NCBI GenBank assembly: GCA_965231095.1
Contig: OZ246416.1
Location: forward strand, 741,595-805,594
Source of the DNA: an uncultured Gammaproteobacteria bacterium
GTDB taxonomy: Bacteria; Patescibacteriota; Patescibacteriia; XYB2-FULL-38-15
Length of the DNA: 64,000 bases
Reading direction: 5' to 3'
The notes under the pieces were generated by a model. That model saw only the letters and a list, made by a program, of their open reading frames with translations. It did no database searches and was not told the DNA's origin. Positions within the stretch are counted from its first letter, which is position 1; each line of letters begins with the position of its first letter. Below, piece by piece: positions 39,534 to 46,509 of this stretch. A program made the position numbers and the translations under genes.

Positions 39534-41150
39534 ATGCAACAAATCAACGCCAAAATTAAATTTTTTCTCTATGCTCGGAAATCGTCGGAGAGTGAGGACC
39601 GGCAGGTGCAGTCTATTGAGGATCAGGTTAATAAACTGAAAGAGTTGGCAAAAGATTTTGATTTAGAAGTCGTAAAAATTTTTACTGAGGCGAAGTCTGC
39701 TAAACAGCCAAATAACAGACCGGTATTTGAAGAGATGCTCGGTAAGATTGAACAAGGTGAGGCCGATGGGATTTTATGTTGGCAAATAAATCGTTTATCT
39801 AGAAATCCGGTGGATAGCGGGAGAATAAACTGGATGCTCCAGCAGGGAGTCATAAAAGTTATTAGAACCGTTGATCGCCAGTATCTCCCAGAGGATAATG
39901 TTTTGATGTTTAGTGTGGAAAGCGGAATGGCAAACCAGTTTATTTTAGATTTAAGAAAAAATACAAAAAGGGGATTGAACGGCAAGGCAGAGAGAGGATG
40001 GTTTCCCTCAAAGGCGCCGCAAGGATATTTAAACGACGCATTAAACAAAACAATCATTAAAGATCCGGAAAGATTTGCCTTGATTAGAAAAATGTGGGAT
40101 TTACTTTTGACTGGGAATTTTTTAATCCCTCAGATTTTAAAAATTGTCAATGATGAGTGGGGCTACCGCACGGAAAAAACTAAAAGAGAGGGAGATCGGC
40201 CGCTTTCCATGAGCGGGCTTTACAGATTATTTCATGATCTGTTTTACACCGGCTATTTTAAATATGACGGCAAGTTATACAAAGGCAACCACGAGGCAAT
40301 GATTACGATGGGGGAGTTTGAGCGAGCACAGGAAATTTTACATAAAAAAGAAAAACCGCGACATGCAACGCATGAGTTTGCTTTCACTGGTATTATTAGG
40401 TGCGGATATTGTGGATGTTTGGTAACCGCCGAAGAAAAGAAAAAATTTATTAAAAGTAAAAATGAATATGCAAAATATGTTTATTATCACTGCTCAAAAA
40501 AGAAACGGGAAATAGATTGTCGGGAGCCAGCGATTCGATTAAAAGATTTAGAAGAGCAGATCGTCCAAGAGATTAGCAAATACACAATATCAGAAGATTT
40601 TAAAAATTGGACGTTGGGAGTTTTAAAAGAAAAAAATAGTAAAGAGGTTGAAAGCCGGAGCCAGGCCTACGAAATGACAAATAAAACTTATATTGATTTA
40701 CAAAAGCAGTTAGATAATTTAACGGAGTTACGGATCAAGGAAATGATTAGCGACGGGGAATTTACGGCTAAAAGGTTAGAACTGCAAGAGAAAATAACAA
40801 AGATAAGGGAGGTGTTGAACCAAACGCAGGATCGCGGACAAAATTGGGTTGAGTTGGTTGAGCGGGCGTTTAATTTTGCCGCCCATGCTAGAGAGGCGTT
40901 TATAAAAGGCGATTTGCAAACCAAAAGAGAAATTTTATCGGCCCTGGGCCAAACTTATATTTTGAAGAGTGGGAGTTTGCGGATAGAGCCAGTGGAGTGG
41001 CTCGTGCCCATTTCTAACTTCCTGGAAACAGGGAAAAAACAGGCAAAAGGGTTAGAACCGGCGAATTTTGTTTCAAACAAAACAAAAACACCTCGCCCTG
41101 ATGACGAGATGTTTTTATGGGGTGGCTACTGGGAGTTGAACCCAGGCTAG
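39534..41150 (+). CDS. large serine recombinase (resolvase/invertase catalytic domain plus recombinase and zinc-ribbon domains)
   Basis: N-terminal YARKSSESEDRQ...GILCWQINRLSRN catalytic region and C-terminal Cys-rich (CGYCGC...HCS) Zn-ribbon. The annotated 3-prime end runs into the terminator and tRNA-His, so the true stop is uncertain. Confidence 0.8.
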   Translation: MQQINAKIKFFLYARKSSESEDRQVQSIEDQVNKLKELAKDFDLEVVKIFTEAKSAKQPNNRPVFEEMLGKIEQGEADGILCWQINRLSRNPVDSGRINWMLQQGVIKVIRTVDRQYLPEDNVLMFSVESGMANQFILDLRKNTKRGLNGKAERGWFPSKAPQGYLNDALNKTIIKDPERFALIRKMWDLLLTGNFLIPQILKIVNDEWGYRTEKTKREGDRPLSMSGLYRLFHDLFYTGYFKYDGKLYKGNHEAMITMGEFERAQEILHKKEKPRHATHEFAFTGIIRCGYCGCLVTAEEKKKFIKSKNEYAKYVYYHCSKKKREIDCREPAIRLKDLEEQIVQEISKYTISEDFKNWTLGVLKEKNSKEVESRSQAYEMTNKTYIDLQKQLDNLTELRIKEMISDGEFTAKRLELQEKITKIREVLNQTQDRGQNWVELVERAFNFAAHAREAFIKGDLQTKREILSALGQTYILKSGSLRIEPVEWLVPISNFLETGKKQAKGLEPANFVSNKTKTPRPDDEMFLWGGYWELNPG

Positions 41151-41191
41151 CGGGACCACAACCCGCTGTTCTACCGTTAAACTATAGCCAC
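41117..41191 (-). tRNA. tRNA-His (GTG)
   Basis: Minus strand: GGTGGCTATAGTTTAACGGTAGAACAGCGGGTTGTGGTCCCGCTAGCCTGGGTTCAACTCCCAGTAGCCACC. Anticodon loop TTGTGGT. Confidence 0.8.
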
Positions 41192-41194
41192 CAT

Positions 41195-41266
41195 ATGCGC
41201 CCGCGAGGAATCGAACCTCGATATCCAGCTTAGAAGGCTAGTGTTCTATCCATTAAACTACGGGCG
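41195..41266 (-). tRNA. tRNA-Arg (TCT)
   Basis: Minus strand: GCGCCCGTAGTTTAATGGATAGAACACTAGCCTTCTAAGCTGGATATCGAGGTTCGATTCCTCGCGGGCGCA. Confidence 0.8.
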
Positions 41267-41325
41267 CGTAATGTTAAAAAAGTATTTTTTATTTTAGCAA
41301 AAAATTTTTTCGTTGTCAAGGATTT

Positions 41326-42243
41326 TTACTTACCACGCCGCCGGCCGTGAAAACTTTTGTGGACATCGCGAAGTTGTTGATTGGTAATATGGGTATAAAT
41401 TTGGGTGGTCGTAATTGATGAATGGCCGAGCATGGCCTGGACCGAACGGATGTCGGCGCCGTTCATCAGCAAATCGGTGGCGTAAGAATGGCGCATGGTG
41501 TGCGGCGTCACTTTTTTGGTGATGCCGGCGATTTTGGAATATTTTTTCACCAGCCGTTCCACGCTCCGGGGAGTGAGCGCGCCTTCACTCTCGTGCGCCC
41601 GGTCGTGGGAGACGAATAAAAACGGTGAAACATCTTGGCGCGCTTCCAGATATTTTTTGATCCAAAATCTTGATTGGTTTGATAAAAAGACCACGCGCGG
41701 TTTGTCGCCCTTGCCGCGAACGGTAAATTCATCTTTTTTCAAATTAACTTGTTCTTTTTTTAAATTTGCCAATTCGGAAACGCGGAGCCCGGTGGAAAAA
41801 AGCATTTCAATAATTGCCTTGTCTCTTTGTTTAATAATTTCCGGGGAGTCGGCCAGAGTTGGCGCTTCAAGGATTCTTTCTAAATCAGAACCTTCCAAAA
41901 AATCAACAATTCTCTCCGGCATTTTTCCCAATTCTATCTTTTCCGCGGATAAAGTTTTGATGTCGCGTTTGGCCAGATATTTTAGAAAAGCCCGGAGAGC
42001 AATCAGATGATAGTTCTGAGTATTTTTTTTCAGAGCGCGGCCGTGCTCGTCGGTAAAACGATTAAGCCAAAGGCGATACTGCCGGACTTTTTCCTGGGTG
42101 ATGGCCGAGGGAGAAACGTCGCCGCCCCAGAGAGCGAAACGTTTTAAATAAAAATCATAATTCCGGATAGTTTTATCCGAACGGTTTCTTTCTATCTCCA
42201 GGTATTCTAGAAATTGAGTTATGAGGGTGTTAAGTTGCGCCAT
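41326..42243 (-). CDS. tyrosine recombinase XerC/XerD family
   Basis: C-terminal catalytic motifs ...HTMRHSYATDLLMNGADIRSVQAMLGHSSITTTQIYTH. Confidence 0.85.
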   Translation of the reverse strand: MAQLNTLITQFLEYLEIERNRSDKTIRNYDFYLKRFALWGGDVSPSAITQEKVRQYRLWLNRFTDEHGRALKKNTQNYHLIALRAFLKYLAKRDIKTLSAEKIELGKMPERIVDFLEGSDLERILEAPTLADSPEIIKQRDKAIIEMLFSTGLRVSELANLKKEQVNLKKDEFTVRGKGDKPRVVFLSNQSRFWIKKYLEARQDVSPFLFVSHDRAHESEGALTPRSVERLVKKYSKIAGITKKVTPHTMRHSYATDLLMNGADIRSVQAMLGHSSITTTQIYTHITNQQLRDVHKSFHGRRRGK

Positions 42244-42323
42244 AAAATACTATATACAATATACTAGAGACTAAATACACAATTAAGCGTCGTACAATTT
42301 TATTTTATCCTAAAATCAACGGC

Positions 42324-42352
42324 TTGACAAATTCTCAAAAACGTGTTATTAT
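42324..42352 (+). promoter_or_regulatory. sigma70-like promoter, TTGACA-17-TATTAT, near-identical to the one at 736
   Basis: TTGACAaattctcaaaaacgtgtTATTATaaa, compared with 736 TTGACAaaaggcaaaaaatgtgtTATTATaaa. Confidence 0.5.
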
Positions 42353-42437
42353 AAAATGTTGAATAATCGTTCTTTTTAAGCTATAATTTGGCTAAAATAA
42401 GGATAAATTTCTATCTTTCTTTTGGCGGTTTTACACT

Positions 42438-42518
42438 GTCATTGCGAGGACCCGCCGAATAGGCGGGGACGCGGCAATCCCACGGTTATGAGATTGCTTC
42501 GCTGCGGCTCGCAATGAC
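42438..42518. repeat. GTCATTGCGAGG...CTCGCAATGAC palindromic element, copy A (in 5-prime leader of DGR target)
   Basis: Shares termini and the core gacgcggcaatcccac...gagattgcttcgctgcggctcgcaatgac with copy B at 44314-44414. Confidence 0.6.
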
Positions 42519-42624
42519 AAAAGAACAGACCCTCAAAAGAAGGCTGGGAATGAAAACCCAAGCCAACCTCCGGGCCACTTCGGTTCGGAGTATCCGCCTA
42601 CTTTGGGTGGAAAGGAAATGAGTC

Positions 42625-43332
42625 ATGAAGGAACGGAAGGCGTCGTGGCGGAGTATCGTGGCGATGCTGGGCGATCTGGACGAGCCGGAACTCCTGGCCC
42701 TTGCGGACAATCCGCAGGAGGTTGGGAAACTGGCGCGGGAGCTCGTCGCCCGGGCGGTGGAGAGCATCTTCTTCACCCCTGTCTCGGACAAGGATCTCGC
42801 CGAGGAACTCCGCGGCCTCGCCGCGAAGTGGCGGCGTCTGGCGGCCGAACTCGGCTACGCCGGGCCCGTGGCCTGGAAGGTCAAAGCCGGCTTCACCCTG
42901 AAGCAGCACGCCCCGAAGGCCGGACCGTGCGAGCAGAACTTCGCCTACCTCCGGGACTGGGAATTCCGGAACGACGAAGCCACGAAGGACGGCATCGTCT
43001 TCTGGATCCCGCGGCTCCTGCCGGGAAGCACGGCGAAGACCGTGAACGAACAGATGAAGCTCCTCGCCGATCTCCGGCAGAGGAACGATCTGCCCGCCAC
43101 CCACCTCACCTCGTTCGGTTCGGCGGCGCTCCTCGCCGGCCTCGTCCTCGCCCACTTCAAGATCACGGGCGAGCGGGTGCCTCTGGACCGCTACTGGGTC
43201 CGGACCGACACCCGGCGCGCGGACGGCATCCGTCTCGGTCTCGGCGACTTCGACGAGAGCGGCCTCTGCTGCTACTCCTACTGGGGCGACTACCGGTACG
43301 TCGACTTGGGCTGCTTCGCTCTGGGGGTGTAA
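42625..43332 (+). CDS. DGR variable (target) protein, GC-rich, 235 aa
   Basis: The C-terminal 117 nt are the VR. No signal peptide. ATG at 42625 preceded by GGAAAGGAAATG. Confidence 0.7.
   Translation: MKERKASWRSIVAMLGDLDEPELLALADNPQEVGKLARELVARAVESIFFTPVSDKDLAEELRGLAAKWRRLAAELGYAGPVAWKVKAGFTLKQHAPKAGPCEQNFAYLRDWEFRNDEATKDGIVFWIPRLLPGSTAKTVNEQMKLLADLRQRNDLPATHLTSFGSAALLAGLVLAHFKITGERVPLDRYWVRTDTRRADGIRLGLGDFDESGLCCYSYWGDYRYVDLGCFALGV
43215..43330 (+). repeat. DGR variable region (VR)
   Basis: Aligns to the TR with about 17 substitutions at TR adenines, one T-to-G near the 3-prime end, and a one-codon gap. Confidence 0.75.
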
Positions 43333-43341
43333 TGGTGCTTG

Positions 43342-43361
43342 GAGCCTAGGACACTAGGCTC
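43342..43361 (+). other. GC hairpin immediately downstream of VR (8-bp stem, GACA loop)
   Basis: GAGCCTAG-GACA-CTAGGCTC, 10 nt after the stop. DGR targets commonly carry such a hairpin needed for homing. Confidence 0.55.
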
Positions 43362-43375
43362 TTGGCCCAGCCCTC

Positions 43376-43420
43376 GGACGCTTGGACCCTGACGCGAGAA
43401 ATCGTGTTGGGGTCTTTTTT
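43376..43420 (+). terminator. terminator-like hairpin plus T-run
   Basis: ggaccc-tgacgcgagaaatcgtgtt-ggggtc plus TTTTTTTATT. Confidence 0.4.
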
Positions 43421-43753
43421 TATTATCAAGTGAGTGAGAGAAATGAAGTCGCAATTTCATTTCCGAGCGAGCGCAGATAATATGTAATATTTCTAAATTA
43501 TGATATAGTTTAAAACTGCGTCGCAAGATGCCGTCGCCCGTGGGCGACGGCCGGCAGGACAAGATATTTGTTGGGCCGGAATGGCGTTGTCTTTATTGAT
43601 CGCGCCAGCGCGCCGGCAGATATCTAAAGAGAACATTGTACACACCCCGTGCCGTAAGTTAGCGGGCTTAAAGACCGCGAATAAAATACAGCTTGGAGAG
43701 TATTCAACAAGCAGTGGCGCGGACGACTTACGGCATATTTTAAAGTTGACCCT

Positions 43754-43872
43754 GAACGCGAACGGCAACCGTCTCGATCTCGGCAACTTCGACGAGAGCG
43801 GCCTCAACTGCGACAACTACAACTGGGACGACAACCGGAACGACAACTTGGGCTGCTTCGCTCTGATGGTGT
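43754..43872 (+). repeat. DGR template repeat (TR)
   Basis: Encodes ...NANGNRLDLGNFDESGLNCDNYNWDDNRNDNLGCFAL with about 10 AAC codons. Followed by hairpin aagaaggcggg-tttgt-cccgccttctt. Confidence 0.75.
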
Positions 43873-43879
43873 GTAGAAA

Positions 43880-43910
43880 AAAGAAGGCGGGTTTGTCCCG
43901 CCTTCTTTTA
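43880..43910. terminator. bidirectional hairpin after TR and at avd 3-prime end
   Basis: aagaaggcgggtttgtcccgccttctt. Confidence 0.4.
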
Positions 43911-44318
43911 ATGAGAAGATTTTTTAAAAATATTTATCCACCCGCCAATCATTTTTCCGGAGGCGGCGAGCGGCAAGGAAAGGGCGGAATATTTTTTATA
44001 GTCTAATCCGTTCAATTCCCAAAGAGTTTTAAGAAAAAATTTCAGACAGTCAAGTTTGGCGCTTAATTTTTGAATGATTTTTGATTTATCTTCGCGGTTC
44101 GCGTAGCCGGCGAGAAGCGTAAGTTCCAAACAATCGGTAAAAAGATTATCAATTTTCACGCCAAGCGAGAAACGGGTCAGGCGCGGCAGGCGGGAAAGAA
44201 AAGAGTGCCAAAGTTTGTACGCCTCGCTAAATTTCGCGAGAAGCGGCAGGTCGGTTTGTGAAGCGTTGGGGGGGGGGATTAGAGGAATAGAATTGGGGCA
44301 TAGGGTTGTTAGCGTCAT
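43908..44318 (-). CDS. avd: DGR accessory variability determinant (Avd, four-helix-bundle family)
   Basis: SEAYKLWHSFLSRLPRLTRFSLGVKIDNLFTDCLELTLLAGYANREDKSKIIQKLSAKLDCLKFFLKTLWEL...LPLAASGKMIGGWINIFKK matches the Avd pattern (LP.K......Q..R...SI..NI.EG ... IGKMLGGWI). The start is uncertain. Confidence 0.65.
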   Translation of the reverse strand: MTLTTLCPNSIPLIPPPNASQTDLPLLAKFSEAYKLWHSFLSRLPRLTRFSLGVKIDNLFTDCLELTLLAGYANREDKSKIIQKLSAKLDCLKFFLKTLWELNGLDYKKYSALSLPLAASGKMIGGWINIFKKSSH

Positions 44319-44414
44319 TGCGAGGGGTCCGCCAAAGTTTTGCGGCGCAAAATTTAGGCGGATGACGCGGCAATCCCACTGTCCGGAGATTGCTTCGCTG
44401 CGGCTCGCAATGAC
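44314..44414. repeat. GTCATTGCGAGG...CTCGCAATGAC palindromic element, copy B (between avd start and RT start)
   Basis: Same termini as copy A; the internal hairpin differs (ccgccaaagttttgcggcgcaaaatttaggcgg). Confidence 0.6.
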
Positions 44415-44428
44415 AATTATTGATAATT

Positions 44429-45457
44429 ATGAAAAAGCAATTAGATAAAATCTTTGAAGAAATTATTTCCTTAGAAAATTTGTTTTTGGCCTGGCAAGAA
44501 TTTTTGGTCGGTAAAAAGAAGAAAAGGGATGTGCAAGAGTTTTTCCGGCATCTGGCTGATAACATTTTAGCGCTTCACGAAGATTTAGCCAATAAAACTT
44601 ATCGCCACGGCGGGTATGAAAGTTTTTATGTCAACGATCCCAAGCGCCGCCATATCCATAAAGCCAGCGTCCGCGACAGATTATTACACCACGCCGTCTA
44701 TAAAATTCTCTATCCGTTTTTTGAAAAAACTTTTATTGCTGATTCATATTCTTGCCGACTTGGTAAAGGAACACATCGGGCACTCAATCGTTTCCGGGCG
44801 GTGGCTTTTCGCGTAAGCAAAAACCACACAAGGACGGTTTGGGTTTTGAAATGTGATATTAAAAAGTTTTTTGCGAGCATTAATCATAAAGTTTTGTCGG
44901 AAATTTTAAGAGAATATATTCCGGATAAAAATATTGTTTGGTTGTTGAAAAATATTATTGGAAGTTTTGTCACCAGCCCCCTCACCCCAACCCTCTCCCC
45001 GAATGGGCGAGGGGACATTGGCCTGCCGCTTGGGAATTTGACCTCGCAGCTTTTTGCCAATGTTTATATGAATGTTTTTGATCAATGGGTGAAACATAAA
45101 CTGAAAACCCAAAATTACTTACGCTACGCCGACGACTTTGTTTTCCTGTCAGAAAATCGCGAGCAACTTTTGAAGATTGTCCCACAAGCAGAAAAGTTTT
45201 TGGCGGAAAAGTTAAAATTAACTTTTCACCCCGAGAAGATTTTTTTTAAAACTTTTGCTTCGGGTGTTGATTTTTTGGGGTGGGTGAATTTCCCGCGTCA
45301 TCGCGTCTTGCGGCGGACAACCGAGCGGCGGATGTTCGCGCGCATTTTGGAAAATCCCGCGCCAGAAACCATGCAGTCGTATTTAGGCCTTCTGAAGCAC
45401 GGAAACACTTTTGGAGTACATCGGCAGGCGCTTATAAAGTATTGGTTATGGCGGTAG
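44429..45457 (+). CDS. DGR reverse transcriptase
   Basis: RT motifs: RHIHKASVRDRLLHHAVY, the GLPLGNLTSQLFANVYMN DGR hallmark, and the YADDFVFL catalytic box. Start chosen at the ATG at 44429; the track starts at TTG 44420. Confidence 0.9.
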   Translation: MKKQLDKIFEEIISLENLFLAWQEFLVGKKKKRDVQEFFRHLADNILALHEDLANKTYRHGGYESFYVNDPKRRHIHKASVRDRLLHHAVYKILYPFFEKTFIADSYSCRLGKGTHRALNRFRAVAFRVSKNHTRTVWVLKCDIKKFFASINHKVLSEILREYIPDKNIVWLLKNIIGSFVTSPLTPTLSPNGRGDIGLPLGNLTSQLFANVYMNVFDQWVKHKLKTQNYLRYADDFVFLSENREQLLKIVPQAEKFLAEKLKLTFHPEKIFFKTFASGVDFLGWVNFPRHRVLRRTTERRMFARILENPAPETMQSYLGLLKHGNTFGVHRQALIKYWLWR

Positions 45458-45575
45458 ATGAATTTTTTCAATAATCCTTGCCAAATAAAAAAGGCTGTGT
45501 TAATATATGAAAGTAATTTATTAATGACGGTTGGCTGGGCCAGGGAGTGGGTGGACTCGGCAACCCGTGACAAAA

Positions 45576-45836
45576 ATGTTAGACAAAAAAGCAAAAGACA
45601 AAATTATTGAAAAATTTCGGATTCACGCGACCGACACCGGTTCGCCGCAAGTCCAGGTCGCTATTTTGACCGCGGAAATTAAAGAATTGGTGGAGCACCT
45701 GAAAGAACACAAAAAAGATTTTTCTTCTCGGCGCGGTCTTTTGAAAAAAGTCGGTGAAAGACGCCGGCTATTGAAATATTTGGAGCGAGAAGATAAAAAG
45801 GGTCATGCCGAGCTCATGGAAAAATTAAAATTATAA
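45576..45836 (+). CDS. rpsO: 30S ribosomal protein S15
   Basis: [69 protein letters not shown]. Start at 45576; the track ORF starts at 45531. Confidence 0.9.
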   Translation: MLDKKAKDKIIEKFRIHATDTGSPQVQVAILTAEIKELVEHLKEHKKDFSSRRGLLKKVGERRRLLKYLEREDKKGHAELMEKLKL

Positions 45837-45842
45837 TTTTAG

Positions 45843-45868
45843 AGCCCCTCCTCTCGGAGGGGTTTTCG
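45843..45868 (+). terminator. intrinsic terminator
   Basis: cccctcc-tctc-ggagggg plus TTTTCG. Confidence 0.5.
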
Positions 45869-45892
45869 TCTAAAAAATAAGGAGGAAATTTT

Positions 45893-46414
45893 ATGGTAAC
45901 TTATAAAGAACAACGCGTCGGAGTTTTTATTGACGTGCAAAACATGTATTATTCCGCGAAAAACCTTTACAACGCAAAGGTTAATTTTGGAAATATTTTA
46001 GAAACGGCGGTTGGCAACAGAAAATTAATCCGCGCCATCGCTTATGTCGTGAAAACTAAAACCGGCGAGGAAAAAGTTTTTTTTGAAGCGTTGGAAAAAT
46101 TAGGTCTGGAAACTCGGGAAAAAGAATTGATGGTCTACGACGGCGCGAAAAAAGCAGATTGGGATGTGGGAATTTGTATTGACTCTATTGCCCTGGCGGA
46201 AAGACTGGACGTGATCGTTATTGTTTCCGGTGACGGAGATTTTATTCCGCTCGTGCAATATTTAAAGATGAACAAGGGTTGCCGGGTGGAATCAATTGCT
46301 TTTCGCGAAACGACATCCAGCAAGCTCGTAGAAACAGTTGACAATTTTGTAGATTTGAGCCATGATAAAAGACGCTATTTGATTAGCGGGAGGACGAAGA
46401 GAACGATCATTTAA
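45893..46414 (+). CDS. NYN domain (LabA-like, PIN-fold) protein
   Basis: VGVFIDVQNMYYS...VIVIVSGDGDFIPLV is typical of the NYN/DUF88 family. Confidence 0.75.
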   Translation: MVTYKEQRVGVFIDVQNMYYSAKNLYNAKVNFGNILETAVGNRKLIRAIAYVVKTKTGEEKVFFEALEKLGLETREKELMVYDGAKKADWDVGICIDSIALAERLDVIVIVSGDGDFIPLVQYLKMNKGCRVESIAFRETTSSKLVETVDNFVDLSHDKRRYLISGRTKRTII

Positions 46415-46440
46415 AAATTATAAAATTTATTAATAACTTT

Positions 46441-46500
46441 GGCCGTCAGACAAGTAGGCTTCTTCTGGGTAACCAGAAGTCTGAAGTTTGACGGCCAGAA
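46441..46500 (+). promoter_or_regulatory. long hairpin in pnp leader (RNase III-type processing/autoregulation site candidate)
   Basis: ggccgtcagac...cttcttctgg-gtaacc-agaagtctgaag...gtttgacggcc. Confidence 0.4.
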
Positions 46501-46509
46501 CAAAAAATT

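Larger units (their letters stand above)
31380..41290. mobile_element. putative integrated element / accessory island bounded by tRNA-His/tRNA-Arg, carrying a large serine recombinase
   Basis: Recombinase gene abuts the tRNA-His 3-prime end. Related 38-bp hairpin repeat at 31377-31414 and 41079-41116. The cargo is small membrane/Zn-ribbon proteins and a HicA-like gene. Confidence 0.35.
42324..45457 (+). mobile_element. diversity-generating retroelement (target-VR, TR, avd, RT)
   Basis: See component features. The adenine-specific TR/VR mismatch pattern is directly visible. Confidence 0.8.

Noticed and set aside
42598-43349. Alternative-frame ORFs over the DGR target: 42598..43155(-), 42603..43349(+) and 42701..42901(+)
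   Set aside because: Only the 42625 frame starts after an SD. Only in that frame are the TR-templated substitutions codon-aligned with AAC codons. The others are GC artefacts.
43581-44006. 141-aa ORF spanning the TR
   Set aside because: It reads through the template repeat. The run of Asn codons is the DGR TR signature, not a protein. It also overlaps the avd 3-prime end on the other strand.
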